From assembly GCA_051746185.1 (NCBI GenBank), contig JBNJEV010000011.1:9995-73994 (forward strand): 64,000 bases of DNA, read 5' to 3'. The DNA is from Bacteroidota bacterium (GTDB lineage: Bacteria; Bacteroidota; Bacteroidia; Bacteroidales; GCA-2748055). The notes under the pieces are model-generated. The model was given only the letters and a program-made list of their open reading frames with translations. It was not told the origin of the DNA and searched no databases. Both the position numbers and the translations under genes were made by a program. Positions 54,855-64,000 of the stretch are shown here, one piece after another (position 1 is the stretch's first letter; every line of letters starts with the position of its first letter).

Positions 54855-56291
54855 TTGTTGTCTTCCGGTTACAATATTAAGGCCTCTTCCCTTTCCTGTA
54901 AACAACAAATCGGTAAGCGGACAGAAATTGTCGGTAAACTCTCTTTTTTGCTACCTTTGTCCCCCGTGAAACCCAGGAAATTTTACATCGAAACCTATGG
55001 TTGCCAGATGAATGTGGCCGACAGTGAGGTGGTGGCTGCCATTCTTCAGCAACACGATTACCGCCACACGGAACATCCGGAAGAGGCGGACCTGATCCTG
55101 GTGAACACCTGTTCGGTGCGCGAGCATGCAGAACAGCGGGTCCGCTCCAGGCTTCGTGAACTGGGCCGGATCAAGCGGCAGAATCCCCTTTTGAAGATGG
55201 GTGTGATCGGATGTATGGCCGAGCGCCTGAAGGAAAAGCTTCTTGCGGAGGAAGTTCTGGTAGACCTGGTGGCGGGACCCGATGCCTACCGGGAACTGCC
55301 CTCCCTTCTCCGGGAGGCCGGAGAGGGCCGTAAAGGGATCAACACCCTGCTTTCCGATGAAGAGACCTATGCCGACATCAGTCCGGTGCGGATGGATCAA
55401 TACCATGTCAGCTCATTTGTATCCATCATGCGCGGATGCAACAACTTCTGTGCCTTCTGCGTGGTCCCCGCCACCAGGGGCCGGGAGCGGAGCCGGGACC
55501 CCGGATCTGTGATCAGCGAGACCCGGGAGCTGTTCAGCCAGGGCTACAGGGAGGTCACCCTGCTGGGTCAGAATGTGAATTCATACCGGTGGAGCGGTAA
55601 CGGGAAGGAACTGACCTTTGAACAGCTGCTCGGTCAGGTGGCGGAGATCGATCCCCTGCTGCGGGTAAGATTCACAACATCCCACCCCAAAGACATGTCG
55701 GATGAACTGCTGAAACAAATGGCCCGTTATCCCAATATCTGCAAGTCCATTCACCTGCCCGCACAGTCAGGAAGCACTCCGGTGCTCCGCAGAATGAAGC
55801 GGCGCTACTCCCGGGAAGATTACATGAGGCGGGTGGAAGCCATATGGAAGTACCTGCCCGGCGCTTCCATCTCCACCGATATCATTGCCGGATTCTGCGG
55901 GGAATCGGAAGAAGATCACCGGCAGACGCTCAGTCTGATGGAATGGGCAGGATTCGATTTTTCGTTCATGTTCAAATACAGCGAACGCCCGGACACATTT
56001 GCTGCAAAACATTACGTGGACGATGTTCCGGAACATGTGAAGACCCGGCGGCTGAACGAGATCATCGATCTGCAGACCAGACTGTCGCTCGCAAGCAAGC
56101 AGAAAGAAGTGGGACAGACACATGAGGTGCTTGTGGAAGGAACCTCCAGAAAGTCACCGGATCATCTGTTCGGTCGTACCTCCGGGAACAAAGGAATTGT
56201 ATTTCCACGGGGATCCCACCGGCCGGGCGATCTCGTGAAGGTACGCATCATGGACTGTACCTCGGCCACCCTGATCGGAGAGCTTGTTTAA
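54855..56291 (+). CDS. miaB: tRNA-i6A37 methylthiotransferase MiaB; the true start may be the GTG at 54966
   Basis: KFYIETYGCQMNVADSE is the UPF0004 domain start, CNNFCAFCVVP is the radical-SAM CxxxCxxC motif, and a TRAM C-terminus is present. The first 37 codons look non-conserved. A TAccTTTG box lies at 54952-54959. Confidence 0.9.
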   Translation: MLSSGYNIKASSLSCKQQIGKRTEIVGKLSFLLPLSPVKPRKFYIETYGCQMNVADSEVVAAILQQHDYRHTEHPEEADLILVNTCSVREHAEQRVRSRLRELGRIKRQNPLLKMGVIGCMAERLKEKLLAEEVLVDLVAGPDAYRELPSLLREAGEGRKGINTLLSDEETYADISPVRMDQYHVSSFVSIMRGCNNFCAFCVVPATRGRERSRDPGSVISETRELFSQGYREVTLLGQNVNSYRWSGNGKELTFEQLLGQVAEIDPLLRVRFTTSHPKDMSDELLKQMARYPNICKSIHLPAQSGSTPVLRRMKRRYSREDYMRRVEAIWKYLPGASISTDIIAGFCGESEEDHRQTLSLMEWAGFDFSFMFKYSERPDTFAAKHYVDDVPEHVKTRRLNEIIDLQTRLSLASKQKEVGQTHEVLVEGTSRKSPDHLFGRTSGNKGIVFPRGSHRPGDLVKVRIMDCTSATLIGELV

Positions 56292-56635
56292 TCAAGCACC
56301 AGCAGGATTTTCTCCTCCGTGTTTTCGCAGGTACAAAAAGTGAACCTGCCTTCCAGCTCCAGCAGGATGATCAGCTCCCTTACCTCGTCACTAACATTGC
56401 AGAGTTTGAACCCGTTCCCGTTCTTCTCTGCCCGGTCAGCTATTTCCAGCAACACCCGGAAACCTTCTGTGTCAATGAATTTGACCTCCTTCAGGTCGAA
56501 AATGACCGATGTCCCCGGCTCATCCACCAGTTCTTCCAGTTGCTCCTGAACCAGACCGGAGAAAAGGGTGTTCAACCGGTTCACCTGGAACAACTCAACC
56601 ATATACCTGTTTCCTTCCTTGGCAACTTTCAGCAT
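56288..56635 (-). CDS. STAS-domain protein (anti-sigma-factor-antagonist-like)
   Basis: 115 aa: …VIFDLKEVKFIDTEGFRVLLEIADRAEKNGNGFKLCNVSDEVRELIILLEL… is the typical STAS/SpoIIAA pattern. Confidence 0.75.
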   Translation of the reverse strand: MLKVAKEGNRYMVELFQVNRLNTLFSGLVQEQLEELVDEPGTSVIFDLKEVKFIDTEGFRVLLEIADRAEKNGNGFKLCNVSDEVRELIILLELEGRFTFCTCENTEEKILLVLD

Positions 56636-56787
56636 ATAACGAAATATTTCCCCTGCGGATTAAAGATCCTCGCAGCAGGCTGAGAGGAACCGATCCCGCA
56701 GGTTCAGCTGCAAAATAAACGGTATAACATACACTTCATATGAAATGAATGTGAACTTTTCCACAAATTATTGTGAATTCTCAAATA

Positions 56788-58539
56788 TCAGGGAAGATCC
56801 AGCTTCAGGAACAGCTCCTTCAACTGGGCCTGGGAAACGGCAGACGGGGTGTCGATCATGACATCCCTGCCCGCATTGTTCTTGGGAAATGCGATCACAT
56901 CCCGGATGGATTCAATCCCCGCAAAAAGAGCCACCCAGCGGTCAAACCCGAAAGCGATCCCTCCGTGGGGAGGGGCTCCGTAACGGAATGCATCCATCAG
57001 AAAACCGAATTGTTTCCGGGCTTCATCCCCGGTAAATCCCAGATTTTTAAACATCAGTTTCTGCATCTCCTCATCATGGATCCTGATAGAGCCCCCGCCG
57101 ATCTCGACCCCGTTGATCACCAGATCGTAGGCTTTTGCCCTGACTTTCCCGGGATCGGTCCGGAAAAGTTCCATATCCTCTTCATACGGACTGGTGAAGG
57201 GATGGTGCATGGCATGGTAACGGCCGGTCTCCTCATCCCACTCCAGCAACGGAAAATCAACCACCCACAGGGGTCTGAACTGACCGGGATCACGGAGCCC
57301 GAGCCGGTTGCCCATCTCAAGCCTCAACTCACCCAGGGCTTTCAGGGTCAGCGCCCGTTCGCCCGCCAGCACCAGGATCAGGTCGCCCGGCCCGGCACCG
57401 AACAGCTCCGCCCACTTTCTAAGCTCGGTCTCATTGTAAAACTTATCCACCGAGGATTTCAGGCTGCCGTCTTCGTTGTATTTCAGATAGACCAGTCCTT
57501 TCATCCCGATCTGCGGCCTCTGGACAAAACCGGTGAGCTCGTCCAGCTGTTTGCGGCTGTATCCGCTGCATCCGGTGGCGCAAATGCCTCCGATGTACTC
57601 CACCGAATCGAAAACCCTGAATCCTTTCCCCTGTAGCAGTCCGGTCATCGGGCTGATCTTCATTTCAAACCGGAGATCGGGCTTGTCTGTTCCGTATCTT
57701 TCCATGGCCTCCGAATACGGTAGCCTGGGAAAACCTGTCCCCACTTCCACATCCAGGATGGATCTGAACAGGTGCCGGGCAAGGCCTTCGAAGGTCCGGA
57801 GCAGGTCATCCCGCTCCACGAAAGACATTTCACAGTCGATCTGGGTGAATTCGGGCTGCCGGTCGGCACGCAAATCCTCATCCCTGAAGCACTTCACGAT
57901 CTGGAAATATTTATCGAAGCCGGCCACCATGAGAAGCTGCTTGAAGGTCTGTGGCGACTGGGGAAGGGCATAGAACTCTCCGGGGTTCATCCTGGAAGGA
58001 ACAATAAAATCCCTCGCGCCTTCCGGGGTGGATTTGATCAATTCCGGGGTCTCCACCTCGATGAACCCTTCCCCGCTCATGTACTTCCGGGTTTCCAGGG
58101 CCATCCTGTGACGGAGCTCCAGGTTTTTTCTCACCACTGCCCTTCTGAGGTCAAGGTAACGGTATTTCATCCTCAGGTCCTCGCCCCCGTCAGTTTTGTT
58201 CTCTATGGTGAAAGGGGGCACCCTGGAGGGATTCAGCACATCCAGCTTTTCCACCAGGATCTCGATATCGCCCGTAGGGATATTCGGGTTTTTGTTGCTT
58301 CTTTCGGATACCTTTCCCGCTGCCCTGATGACAAATTCACGTCCCAGTTTCCGGGCCCGCTTACAGAGGTCCGCGTTGGTTTCCATGTTGAATACAAGCT
58401 GGGTGATCCCGTACCGGTCCCGCATATCCACGAAGGTCATTCCTCCGAGATCCCTTGATTTCTGGACCCAGCCCGAAAGAAGTACCTCTTTGCCGATCTG
58501 CTGGATGGTCAGCTCGCCGCAATTGTGTGTTCTGTACAT
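56788..58539 (-). CDS. aspS: Aspartate--tRNA ligase
   Basis: 583 aa: [11 protein letters not shown]…GWV…[16 protein letters not shown] is the OB-fold region. Class II motifs are present ([18 protein letters not shown]; GGGSIRIH; [12 protein letters not shown]). Confidence 0.95.
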   Translation of the reverse strand: MYRTHNCGELTIQQIGKEVLLSGWVQKSRDLGGMTFVDMRDRYGITQLVFNMETNADLCKRARKLGREFVIRAAGKVSERSNKNPNIPTGDIEILVEKLDVLNPSRVPPFTIENKTDGGEDLRMKYRYLDLRRAVVRKNLELRHRMALETRKYMSGEGFIEVETPELIKSTPEGARDFIVPSRMNPGEFYALPQSPQTFKQLLMVAGFDKYFQIVKCFRDEDLRADRQPEFTQIDCEMSFVERDDLLRTFEGLARHLFRSILDVEVGTGFPRLPYSEAMERYGTDKPDLRFEMKISPMTGLLQGKGFRVFDSVEYIGGICATGCSGYSRKQLDELTGFVQRPQIGMKGLVYLKYNEDGSLKSSVDKFYNETELRKWAELFGAGPGDLILVLAGERALTLKALGELRLEMGNRLGLRDPGQFRPLWVVDFPLLEWDEETGRYHAMHHPFTSPYEEDMELFRTDPGKVRAKAYDLVINGVEIGGGSIRIHDEEMQKLMFKNLGFTGDEARKQFGFLMDAFRYGAPPHGGIAFGFDRWVALFAGIESIRDVIAFPKNNAGRDVMIDTPSAVSQAQLKELFLKLDLP

Positions 58540-58565
58540 TCTGTACTGTTTTTTATGAGAAGCCC

Positions 58566-58573
58566 CGGCTATT
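58566..58573 (+). promoter_or_regulatory. Candidate -7 promoter box (TAnnTTTG) for tadA
   Basis: taattttg ends 55 nt upstream of the ATG at 58628. This is a motif match only. Confidence 0.3.
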
Positions 58574-58627
58574 TGTAATTTTGTATGTGCACATTTTTAA
58601 GGAACAGGTGCAAATTTAAGAACTTTT

Positions 58628-59095
58628 ATGAAGGAGCACGACAAGCAGGTCTTCTCGGATGAGTATTTTATGAAAGAGGCACTCAAAGAAGCACTGAAAG
58701 CATTTGATCTGGAAGAGGTGCCGGTGGGTGCCGTCATTGTCAGTCAGGGCCGGATCATTGCCAGGGCCCACAATATGACCCGGCAACTTCAGGATGTCAC
58801 CGCACATGCGGAGATGATCGCCATCACATCAGCCTCCAATTACCTGGATGCCAAATACCTGACAGAATGCAGCCTGTATGTGACCCTGGAACCGTGCATC
58901 ATGTGTGCGGCAGCGCTGAAATGGGCACAGATCAGCCGCATCGTTTACGCGGCCTCAGATCCGCGGGAAGGTTACACCCGGCTGGGAACTCCCATTCTTC
59001 ATCCGGCAACAGAAGTGATCCCCGGGATCCTGGAACAGCCGTCTTCCCGGCTGATCAAAAAATTCTTTCTGAACCGGAGGGATCTAAAGAATTGA
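58628..59095 (+). CDS. tadA: tRNA adenosine(34) deaminase
   Basis: 155 aa with the CDA zinc motifs HAEMIAI and PCIMCAAAL. Confidence 0.9.
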   Translation: MKEHDKQVFSDEYFMKEALKEALKAFDLEEVPVGAVIVSQGRIIARAHNMTRQLQDVTAHAEMIAITSASNYLDAKYLTECSLYVTLEPCIMCAAALKWAQISRIVYAASDPREGYTRLGTPILHPATEVIPGILEQPSSRLIKKFFLNRRDLKN

Positions 59096-59127
59096 CCTGC
59101 CGGAAAAATGGTGCTGCTGAGCCGGGA

Positions 59128-59180
59128 CCCGGAGCCGGACAGGGAACCCGGAGCCGGACAGGGAACCCGGAGCCGGACCC
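59128..59180. repeat. 19-bp tandem repeat, 2 full units plus a partial third (cccggagccggacagggaa)
   Basis: Read directly: 59128-59146 and 59147-59165 are identical, and 59166-59180 is cccggagccggaccc. It lies between the convergent tadA and aroA 3' ends. Confidence 0.9.
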
Positions 59181-59210
59181 ATGAAACATTCCGGGGCGGC
59201 CATTACCGTC

Positions 59211-60443
59211 TCAGGCGCGGACCAGGCGAAATCCGGCCTTTTCCAGGTCGCCCCAGTAGGCCGGGTAGGATTTGGTCACCACCCCGGGATCCTCAATGGC
59301 AATCTCCGGAAAACGGATGGCAAGAGGAGCAAAGGACATGGCCATGCGGTGATCATGATAGGTACCGATCACCGGACGGTCCTCACGCCCACAGCGTGTT
59401 CCATCCCAGGAGATCCACTCCCCGTCATCCCCGGCCTCAATGACATAACCCAGTTGGGACAGCTCTTTCTGGAGGGCCGCAATGCGGTCGGTCTCCTTGA
59501 TCCGAAGGGTCCGGGTCCCTGTGAATCTGAAGGGCACCTCCAGTCCGCACAACGTGGCCGCAAGGGTTTGCACCAGGTCAGGGCATCCGCTGAAATCATG
59601 CTGAAAAAGCCCGGGCTTTTCTTTCTCCACAGAAACCAGGGTCAGTTTCCCCTGACCGGCATGGCTCTCCACCCCCAGCGGTCTGAACAGGTCTGCTGCC
59701 ACCGAATCTCCCTGAATGCTTCCGGCGGTGAGATGGGGCAGTTCCAGCCTTGAACCGGGGATCAGGGCAGCAACCTGGTACCAGTAAGAGGCAGCACTCC
59801 AATCGGCCTCCACCCGCATGTTCTCCACTCTGTAATCCTTCCGGGGGATTCGGATCTCATTTCCTGTAAAGGTGGCATTCACACCGCATTGGCTCATCAG
59901 TTCCAGGGTCATGCGGATGTAAGGGACCGACACCGTTTCACCGGTAAGGGTGAGCTGAAGACCCCCTTCCAGCAGGGGACCGATCATCATCAGGGCACTG
60001 ATGAACTGGCTGCTGATATTTCCCCTGACGGAAATCTTTCCTCCTTTGGTCAGCCTCCGCGTGATTTTCAGCGGCGGACATCCTTCCCTGCCCAGGTACT
60101 CGATCCCCGCTCCCAGAGCCCTGAGTGCATCCACAAGGGGACCCATGGGCCGCTCCTGTAACCGGGGGGATCCTGTCAGTACAACCTCTTCCCGGCAGAC
60201 TGCATAATATGCGGTCAGAAAACGCATGGCCGTGCCGGCATGCCCCACATCTTTCTCAGGGGATGTTTCACTGAGGGCCCTGTCCATCACCCCGGTATCG
60301 TCACCGGATGAAAGATTCTCCAGAAGTGCATCAGATCCGGCCAGGGACCGGATGATCATCATCCGGTTGGAAATGCTTTTCGAGGAAGGAATATATATTG
60401 TATCTTGTACGGACCCCGCGGGCGGGAAGATGACATATTTCAT
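59211..60443 (-). CDS. aroA: 3-phosphoshikimate 1-carboxyvinyltransferase (EPSP synthase)
   Basis: 410 aa: …PSSKSISNRMMII…, …VGHAGTAMRFLTAY…, …DHRMAMSFAPLA…. Confidence 0.95.
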   Translation of the reverse strand: MKYVIFPPAGSVQDTIYIPSSKSISNRMMIIRSLAGSDALLENLSSGDDTGVMDRALSETSPEKDVGHAGTAMRFLTAYYAVCREEVVLTGSPRLQERPMGPLVDALRALGAGIEYLGREGCPPLKITRRLTKGGKISVRGNISSQFISALMMIGPLLEGGLQLTLTGETVSVPYIRMTLELMSQCGVNATFTGNEIRIPRKDYRVENMRVEADWSAASYWYQVAALIPGSRLELPHLTAGSIQGDSVAADLFRPLGVESHAGQGKLTLVSVEKEKPGLFQHDFSGCPDLVQTLAATLCGLEVPFRFTGTRTLRIKETDRIAALQKELSQLGYVIEAGDDGEWISWDGTRCGREDRPVIGTYHDHRMAMSFAPLAIRFPEIAIEDPGVVTKSYPAYWGDLEKAGFRLVRA

Positions 60444-60512
60444 GATTCAAAGATAATAATTAGCCTATATTCGTCCATTGTTGACTGAAACAGTGATCTT
60501 AAGAAAACAATC

Positions 60513-61685
60513 ATGATAGACTTTGAAGATACAAGAACTGCCTTCATGATCAAATCCGACCGCGACCTTCGAAGGGCCTATTTTTTATTCAGGCTCATCT
60601 CTTACCCCACCCTGGTAAAGATCGGGAACCCGCTGATCCGGTTTCTGTCCGCCATCAGATTTCCCGTGGGCTGGATCGTCAAGCCCACAGCATTCCAGCA
60701 ATTTGTGGGAGGCGAGACCCTGGAGGATTGCCAGGATACTGTGAACCTGCTCAAAACAGGCAATGTATATTCCCTTCTCGATTATTCGGTGGAAGGCGGG
60801 GAATCCGAAAAAGCCATAGAATCCGCCCTTCAGGAAACCCTCAGGGCCATCGCTCATGCCGGCAGCAACCCCGATATCCCTTTTGCCGTATTCAAGCCCA
60901 CGGCATTTGGAAACCTCAGGGCACTGGAAGTACTGAGCGGGGCTTCGGTTCCTGACAGGGAAACCATCCTTGAAGGAGATAAGTTCCGATCCAGGATCGA
61001 CACACTCTGCAAAGCAGCCTTTGATCACGATATCCCCATTTTGATCGATGCCGAGGACTCATACTATCAGAAGTTCATCGATACGGTGGCCATGGAGATG
61101 ATGCGTAAATACAACTACAAAAGGGCGATCGTCTTCAATACTTACCAGATGTACCGGCATGACCGGATCGGTGTGTTGGAGGAAGATATCAAATCGGCCC
61201 GTAAGGAGCATTTCTTCCTGGGGGCCAAGTTCGTGCGCGGGGCATACATGGAGAAGGAAAGGGAGCGGGCCCGGAAACTGAGGTATCCGGATCCCATTCA
61301 ACCCGACAAGGAGAGCACCGACCGGGATTACAACCTGGCGCTGAAGATCAGCATGGACAACCTGGATGTGGTTTCCATCTTCAACGGGACCCACAATGAA
61401 TACAGCAGTCTCTATCTGACCGAACTGATGACCAAACGGAAGGTAAAACCGCCGGACGAGCGGATATGGTTTTCCCAGTTGCTGGGAATGAGCGATCATA
61501 TCAGCTTCAACCTGGGTGCCGCCGGATACAATGTGGTCAAGTATGTACCCTACGGTCCGGTGCGATATGTCCTTCCTTACCTGATGCGGAGGGTGGAGGA
61601 GAACACCTCGGTGAAAGGACAGACGGGAAGGGAACTGTCGCTGATCAAAAAAGAAAGGGAAAGAAGAAAAAATGAAAGTAGATAA
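60513..61685 (+). CDS. Proline dehydrogenase family protein (monofunctional PRODH)
   Basis: 390 aa: …LLDYSVEGGESE…, FAVFKPTAFG, ILIDAEDSYYQ, …KFVRGAYMEKERERA…, SQLLGMSD, …PYLMRRVEENTS. Confidence 0.85.
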   Translation: MIDFEDTRTAFMIKSDRDLRRAYFLFRLISYPTLVKIGNPLIRFLSAIRFPVGWIVKPTAFQQFVGGETLEDCQDTVNLLKTGNVYSLLDYSVEGGESEKAIESALQETLRAIAHAGSNPDIPFAVFKPTAFGNLRALEVLSGASVPDRETILEGDKFRSRIDTLCKAAFDHDIPILIDAEDSYYQKFIDTVAMEMMRKYNYKRAIVFNTYQMYRHDRIGVLEEDIKSARKEHFFLGAKFVRGAYMEKERERARKLRYPDPIQPDKESTDRDYNLALKISMDNLDVVSIFNGTHNEYSSLYLTELMTKRKVKPPDERIWFSQLLGMSDHISFNLGAAGYNVVKYVPYGPVRYVLPYLMRRVEENTSVKGQTGRELSLIKKERERRKNESR

Positions 61686-62151
61686 CCAGCGAAATACCTA
61701 CCGGATCTGGCTCAGCAGGCTGATCATGGCCATCGTGTTCACCCTTGCGATCATCGTCATTATCTTTCTCCCCTGGTTTGAGAGCCGGCATCTGGGGATC
61801 AACAAATACCACGTGATCATTGCGATCGCTCTGATATACATTGTCATCAATGTGGTGAACTATCTGAAGGTGCCCTATTATGTATACTACAGTGACCAGG
61901 GAGAGATGATCGTGATGCGCTACTACCAGATGAGCCTGTTCACCAACAGGAAGCATTCCATAGAGATCCCCAAAAAACAGTTCATTAAATTTGAGCTTGA
62001 GCCATTCCTTCTCGGAACACAGCAGAGGATCATCCTGTATCAGCATTTCCGGAACAGGGTGGCCAAATACCCTCCCATCAGCCTCTCTGCCGTGGACAAA
62101 GAAGACCGGCAAAAGATCATTGATTCCCTCTCCGGATATGTAAAAGGCTGA
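61672..62151 (+). CDS. Hypothetical membrane protein (2 TM plus a soluble C-terminal domain)
   Basis: 159 aa. It overlaps the PRODH stop by 14 nt. It has two hydrophobic helices and coding-like composition. No recognised family. Confidence 0.45.
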   Translation: MKVDNQRNTYRIWLSRLIMAIVFTLAIIVIIFLPWFESRHLGINKYHVIIAIALIYIVINVVNYLKVPYYVYYSDQGEMIVMRYYQMSLFTNRKHSIEIPKKQFIKFELEPFLLGTQQRIILYQHFRNRVAKYPPISLSAVDKEDRQKIIDSLSGYVKG

Positions 62152-62216
62152 CCATGCAACTTTTCTGACACAGGACATCGATCAGAAGGGGATGCAACAC
62201 ATTAATCCCGAAAAAG

Positions 62217-63377
62217 ATGTCCTGTACCGAGTTGCAGCTCAGGATCGCGCTGACCATGATCCCCGACATCGGTCCCGTGACCGCCAGAAAACTCATCGAT
62301 CACCTGGGGTCAGTCCCTGCTATTCTTCAGCAGAACCCGGAAAAGCTGATGCAGATCCGGGGGATCGGTCCCCGGCTATCGGCTGCCATCAGCTCATCCC
62401 GTCTGCTGGAAAAAGCCGGGCGGGAGGAAGAATTCATTACCAGACATCATATTAAAGCGAGCTACTATGAGGATCCGGACTATCCCCGGCGCCTGAAAGA
62501 ATGTAATGACGGTCCCATCCTCCTTTATTCCCGCGGCAAACCATGCCTGAACGCGAAGCGGATCCTGAGCGTGGTGGGGACCAGGAGGGCCACCAGCTAC
62601 GGGAAAGAGGTGTGCAGGGAACTGATCAGGGGAATCGCGAACATGTACGGGGATGTGGTGATTGTCAGCGGGCTTGCCTTCGGCATTGACGTGGCGGCCC
62701 ACAGGGCAGCACTGGAAAACGGGTTGGACACTGTTGCGGTGCTGGGTCACGGACTCCGCACTATCTATCCTCATGTTCACAGGGAAACGGCAAAGAAGAT
62801 CATCCGGCAGGGTGCCCTGGTAACCGATTTTCATTCGGAGACAGGACCGGAACGGAACAATTTCCTGCGCAGGAACAGGATCATTGCGGGATTGTCCGAC
62901 GCCACCCTGGTGATCGAATCGGGTGAAAAGGGAGGGGCTCTCATCACGGCAGATCTGGCCGATTCTTATCAAAGGTACGTGATGGCCCTCCCCGGCAGGA
63001 TCGACGATATTCGTTCAAAAGGCTGCAACAACCTGATCAAAGATCACATGGCCACACTTGTCACTTCCCCAACGGACATCGCATACCTGTTGAACTGGGA
63101 AAAGACGCCATCACCCCCGGGACAATCCTTTGTTCAGGAAAGTTCCCTGGATCCGCAGGAGAAGAAAGTCCTCTCCCTGATCTCCGGGTCACCTGAAATC
63201 ACTTCCGAAGTCCTCAGCCAGAATACACACATTCCCATTCACACCCTGCTCGCCATGCTGGTGGAAATGGAACTGAAAGGGTGGGTAACAGCTCTGCCGG
63301 GAAATCGCTACAGGCTCAGGACCAGACCCCTTTGGGATTCCGAAAATCAAGGGAATATGTTTTATAACACTGTTTAA
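62217..63377 (+). CDS. dprA: DNA-processing protein DprA (Smf)
   Basis: 386 aa: …VVGTRRATSYGKEVC…IVSGLAFGIDVAAHRAAL…TVAVLGHGL…YP…, …RNRIIAGLSDATLVIESGEKGGALITA… A C-terminal winged-helix region is present. Confidence 0.9.
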   Translation: MSCTELQLRIALTMIPDIGPVTARKLIDHLGSVPAILQQNPEKLMQIRGIGPRLSAAISSSRLLEKAGREEEFITRHHIKASYYEDPDYPRRLKECNDGPILLYSRGKPCLNAKRILSVVGTRRATSYGKEVCRELIRGIANMYGDVVIVSGLAFGIDVAAHRAALENGLDTVAVLGHGLRTIYPHVHRETAKKIIRQGALVTDFHSETGPERNNFLRRNRIIAGLSDATLVIESGEKGGALITADLADSYQRYVMALPGRIDDIRSKGCNNLIKDHMATLVTSPTDIAYLLNWEKTPSPPGQSFVQESSLDPQEKKVLSLISGSPEITSEVLSQNTHIPIHTLLAMLVEMELKGWVTALPGNRYRLRTRPLWDSENQGNMFYNTV

Positions 63378-63399
63378 CGACATATAAAACCCCTGGTGA

Positions 63400-64000
<601 letters not shown>

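Noticed and set aside
56773-58458. 287-aa and 228-aa plus-strand ORFs opposite aspS
   Set aside because: They are antisense shadows of aspartyl-tRNA synthetase.
7377-59180. Could the tandem arrays be CRISPR arrays?
   Set aside because: The units are directly adjacent with no unique spacers. They are only 18-21 bp (or 57 bp) long with 2-5 copies, and no cas genes are present.

Overview
This 64-kb window looks like a chromosomal segment of a Bacteroidota-type bacterium. Supporting signs are a T9SS C-terminal sorting domain, a glsA/glsB-like glycine-lipid gene pair, a dcw cluster without murF, and TAnnTTTG-type promoter boxes. I support about 50 protein genes. I saw no rRNA, tRNA, CRISPR, transposase, integrase or phage genes. 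Most of the window is housekeeping. A complete 13-gene dcw cluster (mraZ-rsmH-ftsL-ftsI-murE-mraY-murD-ftsW-murG-murC-ftsQ-ftsA-ftsZ) lies on the minus strand at 48138..32827. Other core genes are mfd, coaX, lptC, lysC, purF, aspS, tadA, aroA, miaB, dprA, gdhA (partial), a YebC-family regulator, proline dehydrogenase and an L-lactate permease. Two real genes run off the window edges and are absent from the supplied track: a Gfo/Idh/MocA oxidoreductase at 1..886 (-) and gdhA at 63463..64000 (+). The one accessory-looking block is a tightly coupled five-gene minus-strand operon at 14368..7445. It encodes a T9SS-sorted TIM-barrel glycosidase-like protein, a stand-alone CheY receiver, a TPR + YaiO-type outer-membrane barrel, a 2-TM HEAT-repeat protein and a processive GT2 membrane synthase. 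I read it as a synthase-dependent exopolysaccharide system whose composition matches no named system I know, and it is my best candidate for an undescribed system. The non-coding oddities are as follows. (i) At least six short tandem arrays (18-21 bp, one of 57 bp) sit at gene boundaries; in most, the repeat unit is a paralogue of the adjacent gene terminus. One of them creates two decoy starts upstream of ftsW inside the dcw cluster. (ii) Two copies of a roughly 140-bp nested palindromic element bracket an AT-rich, ORF-poor island in the 0.9-kb ppiD/ftsZ gap. (iii) Four 10-bp-phased TGG(G/T)N boxes, resembling an MraZ operator, lie upstream of mraZ. (iv) The DUF5916 gene probably has a frameshift near its 3' end. 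The many long ORFs antisense to recognised genes are treated as codon-bias artefacts.
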